Positions 49,051-61,900 of a stretch of 64,000 nt of DNA are shown here, in pieces. Under the pieces are notes generated by a model. It was not told the DNA's origin and made no database searches. It saw nothing but the letters and a program-made list of their open reading frames with translations. The DNA is from Camelus ferus. Lineage: Eukaryota. Made by a program: the position numbers and the translations under genes. The stretch is from contig NC_045708.1 of assembly GCF_009834535.1 (NCBI RefSeq), positions 61,070,001-61,134,000 on the forward strand, in the 5' to 3' direction. Numbering within the stretch: position 1 is the first letter of the stretch; each line of letters opens with the position of its first letter.

Positions 49051-49903
49051 AGTTTAGCCTTCATGTATTTTAATGTGATACTTATTAATTGTAGCTTAGG
49101 AATGGTATGGGATAGCGTGACTCTTCTGACAAACATAAGATTGCAGAAAATGAAAATATTTACTATAATAGTAACAGTCAAAGTATTTTGATTGGGGGGA
49201 ACCTAAATATAGGGAATTGGAAGGCTTTAAAAATAATTTTGTTCTAAAAGAAATGTGTGCATTTATTGTGACTTCATAATTTCTTGGAATAAGATTAGTG
49301 ATTTTGGCCTTGTAGAGTTAGTGTTATAGCAGAAATTCAACATATTAGAATTTAGCAGTTTCCTGCTGAATACAGTGTGGAACTGGGGTATATCCACTAT
49401 TTCATATGGGTGAGTAGCAGTGGTGACAGAAATTTCAGGAGTTTGAAGCCGCTTTTACCAACAGCTATTTGAAACCATCGTATGAATGGTAGAATACCTC
49501 AGGGGTCTTGTCCAAACCTCATTACTTTTCAGTCTCCCATTACTTACTGTTTTGATTGGTTTTACATTTTCTCCTGCCAAACAAAGTAGTAAGATAGGTT
49601 ACTGTGGTAATAATGCCTTTTATTTTCTTTTCTGGAGTGTCTTCCCAAACACTGTAAGCTGTACTTAACGGCTCTGTTACACACACACTGAAAACACTGT
49701 TTTTTTTTTGTCAATATAATGCTGCTTTATTTTATTTTTCTCATTCCAGCATGGTTAATTTAGCTTTATATTAACATTTAAATTAATTTCTTAAGTAACA
49801 GACTACAGTTGGTTTGCATATTTTGGTAGACATGGATAGTTATTGGTTGGTTCATTACTTGACTGCTTTCTATTATTTCCATCTTGTCCTGGTTTATCTG
49901 TAG

Positions 49904-50109
49904 CAGGGGTTGGCAGACTAGCTGGCTGGCTATTTTCATAGTAAAGTTGATTGGCACGAAGCCATGCTCATTCGTTATGCGTTGTCTATGGCAGGTTTTG
50001 TGCTAGAGGCAGAATTGTGTCGTTGTGACGGAGACTGACTGTATGGTCCTGAAAGCCTCCTTACCTACTTACTTACCTGGTCCTCTATAGATAAAGTTCC
50101 TGATCTCTG
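49904..50109 (+). mobile_element. MER58A hAT-Charlie MITE
   Basis: caggggttggcagacta...gccatgctcattcgttatgcgttgtctatggc...gtatggtcctgaaagcc...tgatctctg; degenerate 8-bp TSD atctgtag/ctctgttg. Confidence 0.85.
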
Positions 50110-51374
50110 CTCTGTTGTATCAGCCGACGTAATTTCCTTGCTTCCAGTCTTTCTAAATGTGATATAATATTATTGATAATTTTTAGCTTAAGAGATTTGA
50201 AGAATTACTGGTTGTTATCATTGGTAGTTATTAAACACAGTTTTTTTTTGCTTTTCTTTATATGTAGCAAGAGATATTTTCCTCAAAGTTTCTGATTTGC
50301 AAATTTTTTAAAAAATTGTTGAAATACTGCAAAAATACATGTCTTTTACCAAATAAGACAGTCTTGGCAAGTAATTCAAGCTTCTAGTCAGCTTTTCTCA
50401 CCTTTTTATAACCTACATTTCTTTTTATTAAACATCACTGTTTTATTACCACTTTAACGTTACTTAAACTTTTAATAGAGGTTATAAAATTATATTTTAA
50501 AGTTGAAAATCCCTCTTCTAAAAACCACGTACCTCCCTTACTCCATGATTGTGTAGTTAAGAAGTATTAAAACATAAAACTTGTTACATTTTAATTTTTT
50601 AATGAACCAAAATTTTTGTTTTTGTTTGTAATTTTTAAAGTATTTAACAGTCATTCAAAATGTCTCAGTCTATTACTGTTTGTTAATAATTGTGTATACA
50701 AGTATTTTTTTGCCTTCCTAAGTCTTCTAATCCTCTTGAGGAATCAGCCACACTGACCACATAGGATTTCAGCCCAACACTGGAAGAGTCTGTTCTGTTC
50801 ATTCACTTAGACTACAACTTTATTTCCAATATTGTTAATTAAGTTAATTTTCAGAAGTAATTGGTATATTCTTTTTCTCTACCACACAATAAAATACTGT
50901 TATTTTGAGTTTTGCTTGTTGACCCAGAATAATGTGGTAGGAAATGTAGGGTTTGATGGAGACTAACCTTGGCTAAGGCACAGGAACTTGCTTTTCCTGG
51001 AAGAAGTCCCTGATGTCATCTTGCTTTTTGATTATGTGTAGTTTTCCCACAAAGAAATATGGGAGCTGAATAAGTCTTGGGTTATTATATCATGACTGCC
51101 AATGTAACAGTCAGTAAGTAGGTTTTTAAAAATGTTTTTTGAAATAGCAACTCCTTTAGATGTAATTTTTAAATTCTGAATTATTAGAATGATTGCTGAG
51201 AAGTATTTTGATAGAAGAGACAAGCCCTTAGTGAAACCATATCACAGTACATAGTCCCTAAAGCCTTCCTTAACATTACTTAAGATGGAATCAGGACCGT
51301 AAACGTGTAATTGGACTACTTGAGAAAACAATGGGATAGTAAATTTATTGTGTATTCCTACCCTCGTGGGTAGT

Positions 51375-51470
51375 TGCTAAACTTGAGGCCTAGATGATTG
51401 TGATTTGTCCCAACTCTCATAGTAGGAGGTTAAACCAGGATTCTGGACTGTGTTCCTGATGTCGCTCTTG
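51375..51470 (-). mobile_element. MIR fragment
   Basis: aaacttgaggcctagatgattgtgatttgtcccaactctcatag...aaaccagga. Confidence 0.45.
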
Positions 51471-51644
51471 GGCTCTTTTCATTAAGATGGTACTGACTGA
51501 CCTAGGTGCACATCCCAGGGGAAACTGCTTTCATTTCTCTTCTCTCTCGTTATTTTGGTATATAATAGATTTACTGTTAAGTTTTGGGGAGTTAGTAGTT
51601 CTTAATGCATATCTGGGGTCTTAGTCATTTTCTTGTGTATTTAG

Positions 51645-51770
51645 TTCTCCTTAGAAGGTTATTACCTTTTTGAAGGTGGCAAACATACCTTCATCTGTTT
51701 TATAATCCCTTTAGAACCAAACACAGGACCAGCATATAAGGTAAAGATAATAAATGAATACGTAACTCTC
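51645..51770 (+). mobile_element. L2 3' terminal fragment
   Basis: cttagaaggttattacctttttgaaggtggcaaacataccttcatct...aataaatgaat. Confidence 0.45.
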
Positions 51771-52754
51771 ATTTCAGTAGTCAACGTCAAAATTGCCTAG
51801 AATGTAATCGCTAGATGGTCATTGAGCTAAACTGACATACATGCCGTTTCAGTGTTAATATTATTTACTTATTTTAGAATTGCAAGTTGAATTGACACTA
51901 GATATAGTGACATAGCTTGCCACTGAGTTTTACCATTCATTGATTGCAAAAGGCAACGTGCTATATATTTCACAAAATTTTCTTTAGCTTCTTACCATGT
52001 GCTCTTTATAGTGTATTTTTCACATTTATTTTTTAGTTCATTTGACATATTTTACTCAGATTACCTCATTACCTGTAAGAAACCCCTGGTGGTGACATTG
52101 ATGATCTAATATACGACAGATCCTGGGTCATTATTATTTCATTCAGTGGTTGTATATATAGACCAAGAGGGAATCTGAATATTGATTCAGGGAATGGCTA
52201 GTAACAATGATCTGGAAACAAAGGATCCAATATAGTGAGCCAAGCCTAAGACTGAATCTCATGAGCAGCACTGGATTTTTTCTTTTCTGTTTTCCTGAAC
52301 AGTGATGAGTCCATCATATCATAGATGTTAACATTAAAACGTTCTTCCCATGACTATTAAGATTCATTCTTAATTATATTCGAGGAAATACTTACATTTA
52401 TAATTTTGACTTGTAAGCAATTTCTCAGGTATTTTGGCTCATAAGATTCATCAGTCTAGAATAATTTGTTAATTTAGAACATACATTGTGAGCACTTTAA
52501 ATAGCACTATAAATGAATAAAATGAAGATAGCTCAACTGGAAATACTAAAAATTAAGTTAACATTTAGCTATCATTACCTAAGGGATATTAGTTTTACTC
52601 ATGTAAACATTTTGAAAATCAGCTCATTTTTCTTTTGGTACCTTATCACCTTCATAATCCCAGAATGGCTTGGTTCTATTTCTGTTTTTTATTCCAAAGG
52701 GAAAGATAATAAAACACACAAAGTGGGTAGGTTTATCTGAACTGCTTAACTAGT

Positions 52755-52880
52755 GGCAACAGTGGTTTTAGAACATGGGCTTATATCCCAGCCCTGCTCT
52801 TATTTACTGTCCTCAAACAGGTATTTTCATTTTAAGGCAGACTGAGTGAAGAGTCCATGAAATAATATAAGTAATCTAGG
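52755..52880 (+). mobile_element. MIR fragment
   Basis: agtggttttagaacatgggc...atcccagccctgctcttatttactgt. Confidence 0.5.
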
Positions 52881-52959
52881 TAGTTCAGCTGTCATTTTGG
52901 AGGAACCTAAACTATGTGCCAATCAGTTGTAGCTTTTTATCAGGAAGAGTTATTTTTGA

Positions 52960-53058
52960 GCTAGAATATAATCTCCCTGAGGGTTAGGAGTTTTGTCTCT
53001 TTTGTTCCTTAGTACACAGCATTTGATAGATGCTCAGTAAATGTTTGCTGAATGAATA
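52960..53058 (+). mobile_element. L2 3' end
   Basis: ctagaatataatctccctgagggttaggag...tagatgctcagtaaatgtttgctgaatgaat. Confidence 0.7.
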
Positions 53059-53089
53059 ATTTAGGGACTAAGAATTTCTTTGTAATTAG

Positions 53090-53260
53090 CCTTGATTGGA
53101 ATTCAAGGTCTGCTACCTGCTAGCCGAGGAACTTCCAGTAGAGGAATTACTTCTCCTTTCTGAGCCTCAGACTTCTGACCTTTATAATATTGACCTTAGA
53201 AGGAATGGTGATATGTATCTGACACAGTATCTCACACAGTAGGCACTCAGGAAATATTTC
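53090..53260 (+). mobile_element. MIR SINE
   Basis: ggaattcaaggtctgctacctgctagc...ctttctgagcctcag...cacacagtaggcactcaggaaat. Confidence 0.65.
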
Positions 53261-56200
53261 TGGCCATTGTACCTATAGTTTATATTCAACTCAAAAAAAT
53301 TGCATGAGAATTCTAGATGATTGGAAAGTTAAGAGGAAATATAGTATCTTAACTTTGGAGGGGACTGCCATTTGAAAATTGCTTTCCCTTTCCCCCAAGT
53401 GGGGAAGAAAACTAACCTCTCTGTTGCAGATGTATTATAATTTTAACAATAAATACAAAATATTTTAAACAAATGGATTTATGATTTTTTTATATATTAA
53501 AGTTGGGGAAGCCATTAACTTTCATGCTTTGTAAAGTAGTATTTTCAACTGGGCATGTGGCTTCATTTTTTCCTTTTCTTTTGTAACTTCATTTGCAACT
53601 TTATGTTCAGTCATAAAATGTCCCCTCCATCAGTTTGACAATGACAGCCATTTGTTTTTATTATTTCAACTGGAAGCATTTTAATGAAGAGAATGGCAGG
53701 CGGCCCTGCACTGTGCCTCCAGCATCCACGGCTACAAAGCCTGTTTTGCGTGCTCAGCATGACTCCTAGATGTTATAGCAGATAGCAGGTGTGATTTACT
53801 GGGAGCAGTCCTGAACTCTTCTCTCTGCTTCTCCTCTAAGCCCTCTCATAGGAGAATTTATACCTTTACAATGAAGAAGTTTCAATAAAGGGTAAGACCA
53901 ATAATGAATGTTCGGGGACTTTAGCATAAATAGTTTAATTAAAGTACTCTAGGTTTGATACCAGTGTCCACTGAAATGAAAAGGAGAAAGAGGGTGTGGC
54001 GACCAGTGGTTGTCCACGTGGTTTAAAAATCTGTGTAGTGTTCCCAGCCCCAACCCTATCCTCGCAAAGGGAAAGAAAAGAAACTCAAACGCAAAAGGAA
54101 AAGAATGTCGAACGTCCGGAGCTAAAAAAGGCTTTCTGATTAGTGATAACGAGGGTTTACTTAGACAACTGAGTGAAAGAAAACTCCCAAGGGTGTTGAT
54201 GTTTTCTCCTGTGTTAAGATGGGGGGGAAATTTCTGTAATTTATTTTTCATTTTCTAAGTGTTTGCAGTGGGGCAGAGACAGGTTAGTATCACCCTCTTG
54301 TTGTTGTTTTGGTAAAACATAGAAAAGCAGCTTTCTTTTGCTGGGAAATTCTATCCCATAATGATTTTAACTTTATAGCACAAATTAGATCAGAAAGACT
54401 GATTTTTGTACAGCTGTCTTTAGCTCTCATTTAGAGTTGACGTGCATTTAATGCATTTAGGCTCACCCTAAATTTTAGGCTCACTCAGAGCATTACTGTT
54501 TGATTTTACACCGCGTGAGTGCACAATAACAAGGATGGGTAACTTTGCTGGGTCTCCCGCTTAGACGGCTCTTTCCTATTTCTGTTCTCCTCGTGCTTGT
54601 TGTTCAGGCTTAACGTCTGGTGTTCACAGTTAGTCCATGAGTAGAAATGAAAGATAAAGGTTTAGATATGATTCATTACTAGTGGCTTTTCACTTAAGAG
54701 AATATCAAGCTCAGTTAACCAGTTTTGGAAAAATTTTAATTATCTTGTCCTCTTTTTATTTGAAGCATATTATATTCTACTTCTTTCATTGATGCTTTTC
54801 AACAAATGAGTTTTATTTTTTCTGTTTTTGTTAAATAGATATCATATATAAGATTTAATATGGTTTCCTGGTAGTGTAACACAAATACACGAATATTAAA
54901 ACTGATTAGTAGTGTTTTGTTAATTTTGCCGACAATTTAAGGCACAAGATTCTTAAAGCAGCTGGTAACTCTAAGCAGGTCACTGTCCGAAAGGCTACAG
55001 CTAACTGTGCACTGTAAGTCTGTGTAAAACATTGAGGACTGTTGGGATGTAAACAGTGCTGAGGCATGTTCCTGGAAGTCGTTGTTCAGCTTTGGAAGGG
55101 TTAGTAGTAATGATGCATTAATTGACTTTTTACATGACAGAGTAATAGGATACTTAGATCTAAAAAAAACCTTAACAGAGGTTTGGTAGACAAGCCGCAT
55201 GTGGTTTCTAGAAACAAGGTGAGGATGAAATTGTTTGAATCTTCCTATTTGAAGGGTAAGGAAAGAAACAGGAGGAGCCTGTACATTAGAAGTGGTTTGT
55301 CTTTTTAAAAATCATAGTCATGTACAGTTTAAGCAGAACTGTCCTGTTTCTGTTTTATTAAGAAATGAACTGCTACTTAGCAGAAACGGGTTTCATCTCT
55401 GCACTGTGCCTTTACGTCCCCAATTTTCCCCTGAAGTTCTTGGCAAGAATTTTTCTAAAAATCGAAAGACAAACTGTTTTTTAGTGTGGGGAGTCAATCT
55501 TTTCTGCTTGTTGAAAGGAAGTTTAATAGCCCTTTTCTGACTTTACTCCTTGTTTTTGTTTTGCTTTGTGAGAAGCTTTTTCTGAGCTTTTTTTTTGCAG
55601 GTGGTTGCAGAGTTGGAAGGGCTGTCTGTTGACTGCGTCTATGCCTGTGAGCGTCTCTGGGCTCCAGTCTGGTTTGGGAGCAATGCTTTCTTGGGATTAG
55701 TTTCTCCATGTTTGATTATTCATTCATTCTACCCTTAGCTGATTGTGGTTTGCTATGTATTTCAATTTTCATTAACCTTTTTTAATGGAAGGTTGTTTTC
55801 AATTTGGATCACAGCAGTAAAATCTTTTGACTGTTTTAAAAATTGCATTTAAAGCTTAAACTTTTGAAAATAATGTTATTTGATGTGAAAGTGATTGGAT
55901 ATAGCTTATAGAACGAGAAAAATAAATTTGATACTCTTTTACTCATTGCACAGACAGATGGATGGACTTAAGCTTTATTTGGGTAAAAAAACCATGATTT
56001 TATTACATTCCAGAATCTGTTTCTGTTTGTTAGAAACAGTCATTTAAACTAAGTCTCATAGTCGACTCAAGTGTATTTTTAAAATTGTGTTTCACATTCT
56101 CAAACCTTTAAATTGTGTTTCACATGTAAACCTTAAGAATACACTTAAATTTTGGTATAGTTAAAATCAGTTCATAAAATATCCTGTCCTGGCCAGAGAC

Positions 56201-58757
56201 CACAAAAGAGGTCTGGGTTGTGTGGTTTCCTCCTCCTTTTCCCCTCACTAACAGAGGTTTTCCTATCTTGGCAGCTGTTTCCTACAAGGCAGTCATCAGT
56301 CCCTGATTTCTTCCTTCTCTTTCTTCCCACAAACAAGGACTCTTTGAAATAGTGGATGACCAAAGACAGACGGATCTTGGATCACTTTAAGAAAGTGGAA
56401 ATGTGTTCAAGACTTGTGCATGTGGGCAAGCGGCCTGGGTGCATTAGTTCATTGAAATGAAAGTTCCCATTACAACTAAAACCTGAACAGTCAGAATTCT
56501 TTGCTTGAATCAGGAGCATTTCAAGGCTGACTTAATTTTACTTGTAACAATTAATGCATCTCATCCACGCATTAAAATTATTTTGATTGCTTGATCCAGT
56601 CATTGACCAATCTGTGGGATATAAGAAATTGTGCACTGATTAGCCTTTTTGATATGACAGGCCATGAAATTATCTAATACCTCTCTGTATCGTATATAAA
56701 ATAGCTTGTAGATTTAAGGCTGGTACTTTGCACAGCAGCAGTTGTAAATGGAAGGTTTACTTTTGGTTTTGTCTTTTGAATAGTCTTTGGGAGCCAGAGT
56801 GAAGAATGAAGAGGGAGCCAGCCAGTTCTGCAGGATTGTGTGTCATGTGTCTTCCTCAGATTAATTTTTGATATATCATTCTTCTTTTTACATGTTTGGC
56901 GTTCAGAATAGGGAAGCTTGCTTTTTCCTTTGTTTTTGTCTTATTTTTTTGGACAGAGAAGCATCTGAGGTGTTCTTAGAACTGGGTAATACCAATTGAT
57001 TCCTCTCATTATGATACCTGGTTGTCTTTAAAGTTTTCCGAGAGAGCTATAAAAACCGATCTGATTATGGGTCATGGAGGTGTATGTAGGGAAGCAGTTT
57101 TGTCTCAGGAACTATAGGCATGGTCAAGTAAACCCCTTATTACAGAGATATCTTGCTAATTTCATTTATGATTTTATGGATCTTTGTATTTAAATGCTAG
57201 GTAATAGCTTCTGATTACTTTTTTACATTCTTTCCGGCGTGTTTGTTGGTTGCAGCGTGATAAGTGTTCCAAACCATTTAGAATCTGACCCCTTTTCAAT
57301 TGAAGTTACGTTACAGGGAACTGAGAGTAGAATATAGTGCCTGCTAATAGCATCGCATATGGTGCATGAAGCATGTAGCAAGTGCAGTGTAGCTCAGCTA
57401 ATGTGAAATAGAGAACTCAAAGTTATCTAGGAAGATTTGGTTTTCTAGATTTTCTTTATGCTTTAGTGTTAGAGACAGCATCTAAATTATGTAAGCATCC
57501 ATTGTATTTGAGTTAGAGACACAACCTCATAATAGGGTGGGTAGTCCCTTCACTGCTCCACTTTAAACAACTCTTCATTTGCACCAGGTTAAGGATAGCT
57601 TGGGAAAACTTTAAAGGAAGAATTTGTAATTTCTTTACCCTCAGAATCTAGATCAGGGGGCTGGATATATTTGGGAACTACCTACATCGTTATATATTGT
57701 GAGGCTGGTACTTACTCTTTGATTCCTCACGCTTCCCTAGAAAGAAGTAAAACATTTCAGTAGGAGCCAGCAAGGGACCTGGTTTCACATGATCCTAGGA
57801 ACTTAGAAATGCTGATTAAACCACTCCTGAAGTTTTTCTGTCCTTCCAGTTGAAGAACCTGGGTCCTTACAGGCTAGTCAGAATTAGACTTGGCTCTCAG
57901 TTTTATATTCTTTGCCACTCCTCCCTCAGTTTTTAAGAAATAATGATGCAGCCTTGGAGATATAATCGTCATGGTCTGGGGTTATATTTGGGTCCAGTGG
58001 ATGGACTAACCTACTCAAGGATAAAGGTTTGACCTTGTTAAGTTTTCTTATAAGAAAAACCAATACATGAAGATTAAAAACTTTAAAATGAAGTAGTTGA
58101 GACAATCACTTTATTAAACTGTTCCCTGTGTGAATAACTAGCAGTCAGACAAATGACAATTTGATATGTGGTATTTAGAAATGTGGTGTTTGGAATGCCA
58201 TTATTATATAAAGTACAACCGTATATTAAAGACTGTACACTCTTGAATAGAGGAACAAACTGTTTCATAGTATGTCTAATCTGTTTTGCAAGGAAATGGG
58301 ATAAAAGAGTAGATAATATTGCTGTTATCATTACTAGGAACAAACAAAAATATGTATTTATGAAATTTTATTGGAGGTATTATGTATCAAAGCTAGTACT
58401 TTGGTAAAATGACTAATGTGGCATAGAAGGACAAATGGTATTATTCTGGATTGACTTTTTAAGCTTTTGAAAGAAAAATTCATCATCAAGAATGTATATA
58501 ACTATTATGTGAATTCATGTGTTCTGATTATCTGTAGTAAATTTGGGGGGCTTTGATTGTTTTCAGAATGCAGGGCTCAGATATCCAGTGTATAGGAGCA
58601 GGTTCCTATTGGATATAGAATCAAAATATATGCTATTTTTTAATACTTAGGAGAAGGAGGGAGAAAGGGAGGGAAAGAGGAGTTGTTACTATTATTTTTT
58701 CATTTTTTGTGACATTGCAGGGTCATAGAGTAAATGATGGATTTGTTTGCTTTTCAG

Positions 58758-58930
58758 ATATGAGGATCAATGATGCAGACTGCTGGGTTCGATGAAGCTG
58801 GGCATTTATAACTAGATTCATTAAGGAATACAAAGGAAATATTTAAAAGGATCAATAATGGTGTCTTCTGGTTGCAGAATGCGAAGTCTGTGGTTTATCA
58901 TTATAATCAGCTTCTTACCGAATACAGAAG
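58758..58930 (+). other. ADGRL2: ADGRL2 first coding exon (173 nt: 100 nt 5'UTR + 73 nt CDS)
   Basis: Acceptor atttgtttgcttttcAG| (AG at 58756-58757); donor GAAG|GTAAGA; contains the ADGRL2 start codon. Confidence 0.92.
58858..58930 (+). CDS. ADGRL2: First coding segment of adhesion G protein-coupled receptor L2 (latrophilin-2): signal peptide, phase-1 donor; CDS continues beyond the window
   Basis: Translates to [24 protein letters not shown]+G, matching the mammalian latrophilin-2 N-terminus as I recall it ([34 protein letters not shown]...). ATG has A at -3 and G at +4. In-frame upstream stops at 58813 and 58822. Ends at the strong donor AAG|GTAAGA (GT at 58931). Confidence 0.96.
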
Positions 58931-61900
58931 GTAAGATACAGTTTAAATTTTACTTTTTAAGTTCAGAAGAACTTAAACTATGCAATCTTCTTTATATAGA
59001 AGTGGCTAGAATGAGTTTTTTTTTTTTTTTATTATTTTAGAAATAAATGTTAAAAAGATTTCCTGAATGTCATATTTTTTCTGGTGGTTGAATTAATTTC
59101 ATTACACAACTGTGTATTCTAGAAAGTCTTAATTTATATTTTACAAAAATTTATAAATATAAACATTGTAAATAATCCTGAGAGAATTAAATAAAAGCTG
59201 TGTTTTAGTGTATATTTTACATTTATTGACTAAAATTATTCCAGTAAAATTGAATGTATTTTATGGCAACTCTTTCACTTCATCTTTAGTTTCACTTGCT
59301 TCTGAAGTATGGTTATAGTTCTAAAACTCCTAAGTAACATTTTTTAATATTTTCTGGAAAAAGTTGCTTTTTTGTAGTGCTTCCTTTCTAACGTTAATCT
59401 TTTTTGAAGACAGATTTGACTTTTTAAAGAAGTAAAACATTTTAGAGTTCATGAAATAATGGGAACCATCATTCGTTAATTACTACATGGATTTTTCTGG
59501 TATCCATTCTTTCCTTAGTCTTACATACTGTTTTCATGGGAAGATAACACCCTTCAAGTTGCTTTTTACAGAGCAGTTTAGAAGTTAATGTGGAGCTAAG
59601 ATGTGTTAATTTTATAGCTGGTTGGTAGTGGTAGTCATTGTATTCAGCATGAAAATGTATTAATCTTGTAAAATCTGTGAAAGAATCCAAAATCTCTGAG
59701 AAATGCATGTAAAATATAATGAGTCTTTTGGTTCTAATTAAATATTCCTGAAGAAAATGCTTCAGAATTTAAAAATTCATTTTATATGTACTTTTAAGTG
59801 ATCCTATTTATATCTATCAATAAAATGATAGGTAGAGAAAAAGAAGCGTACTGTCAGCTAATAGATTGAAGCTTGTTCTAATGTCTTTGTATGAAGCTGC
59901 AAAATGTTAATATTTTTCCAAAAGGATTTTATTATGTAAATTTTAATACGTAATGAATATTATAATTCAAATAAATAACATGTTTAGAAATATTTTAAAT
60001 TAAGAACTTTTGTATTCAGAAAGTAAATAATGCTCACTTGGATTTAAGTCATACATGAAAGTTACAAATGGGTTAATATTTTTGGAAGATAACTGCTCTT
60101 TGCATCAGAATTGAAAGATACCTCAGATCTAACATTAACATGTAATATGTCTGAATGAATAGTACTGTAATGATAAACAGTGAGCAGAAACTGATTTTAA
60201 AAATACGGATCTCTTGGATTGTTATGAAAATCCTGTATGGTCTATTGTAATTTTGCATCTTTATATTGGGTGAGGGGAGGGAACTAACGGAATTGCTGCT
60301 GTTATGTTTGAATGTTTTTATATATTTAAAAAAGATTTCAGGTGTGGATCAGTGGCTCATTAGTCCACATAATGAAAAAATTTCCAATCAAGATAGAAAT
60401 CACATTACTGGCCCAGTAGCTTAACTCAGCAGGGGTCTAGCAAACAGACTTTTTCATGAGACACTGCAGTTTTATTTGTAGTGTCACCTATCAGGTCAGA
60501 ATTCATATCTGCTGTTAAGAGAAATTTCATTTTCGGCGCATCGGGCTGCGGGGTTGCTTTTGAAGCAGTGCCCTCCTACAGGTGGAAAGAGCCTGGGATG
60601 AGCCCGCAGTGCCAGCTGTGAGAGTGTACCCGGTTACCGTGCTCTGTGAGAACATTGCGCCACGTGGTTTCGTCTTAGAAAAGTTTTACGTGGCATGATA
60701 GTCCTTTATTGCCAGAAGGCAGATAATGCTCTGTGAACACCTACAGGGAAAACCACTCAAAGATAAGTATGAGAGCACAGGAAAGAAGATATAGATTTAA
60801 TCATTCAGCCATTAAGTTTCTTCAGGGCCCTTACATGATTGTTACCTTCTCAAATCTTATAGAGATGGGCAGTTTCTGTGTCAGCTCCTGGATCCTTGCC
60901 TAAAAACTCGGATAAAGTTTTCTAGGTGGTTTCCTTCCTTCTTCTTCATTTATTGAGTGACTAAATTGAACCGGTGTTTTAATTAGAATTCAGAAATGCA
61001 CATGGCAGAGTTCCTGCTCTTGAGGAGCCTGTGGTCTTGTATAGGGGTCAAAACATCAAATACCTGCCACCTCTTTGGGCCAAGCAGGCAGCGTGACTTG
61101 AGCGCAGCAGGCCAGTGGAGGTCTGCAGGAAGCAGGAAAGTGCTTGCTGCAGGACCCGTGGTCGCCATTCCAGTGTTTTGCCTGATTTTGCTAGTCTTCT
61201 GACTTTTCCATAGAAACCAGACATTAGATTTTTAAGAAGTTTAATTTTTTTTTTAAAACAAACCTATGTATTCATTGTATTTAGCCATGGAACATACCTT
61301 CCTTTTTAGAGCTTTCTTTTCTCTTTTTACAGACTTGTTTTACCTTAGTATGTGATCTTAAAGGCTTAATATAATTTTGGATTTGTTTTACATTTGTAAA
61401 TATGAGAGGTAAATTTCCATATATGCAAGAAGGAATTATGTATTTACTCCATGATCAGATGAACATTATAAACATGTTATGTCTTGTGTACATATTAAAA
61501 AGCAAATCAAGCCTTTTTTTTAGTTTTACATGGTAAAAGCTAATTATATAAAGCTTTAATTCTTAGAATTAGCCTATCTTCTATCATTGTCTATTTCTAT
61601 CAATTAGGGTTTTAGAATCAAGTCTTACCCATTAAAATTTACTTGTTTTTGCAAAATAGGAACAATGTTTTATTTATTCCTAAAGTCTCTACTGTATATT
61701 TTGAAAATGGTGTTTAGAATTTTCAAATAAAAAATGATTAGAAAAGACCAATCTTTCAAAATATCTTGTAAGATTTTTTTTTTTTTTAGCATTTATTTTA
61801 TTCCTAGAGAACTAACCTCAAGCCCTTCAAAAATCAGGTTTTTTTAGAAACGGGTATACTTTGATTCTTTTGGCCAATTTTTATAAACCTAATAACCCAC

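Larger units (their letters stand above)
25649..58757 (+). other. ADGRL2: ADGRL2 intron between the CpG-island exon and the first coding exon (~33.1 kb, GT-AG)
   Basis: Bounded by GTAAGA and ttttcAG; no supported coding exon inside. Confidence 0.7.

Noticed and set aside
10573-49181. ORFs containing long X runs (e.g. 10573, 16450, 21086, 27607, 29207, 45698, 48789)
   Set aside because: Artefacts of translating across N gaps.
58931-59040. Remainder of the 60-aa ORF 58858-59040 (KIQFKFYF...)
   Set aside because: Read-through into the intron past the strong donor at 58931; only the first 73 nt match ADGRL2.
60558-60576. CTCF-like gtgccctcctacaggtgg
   Set aside because: Only one half of the core aligns; five mismatches in the other half.
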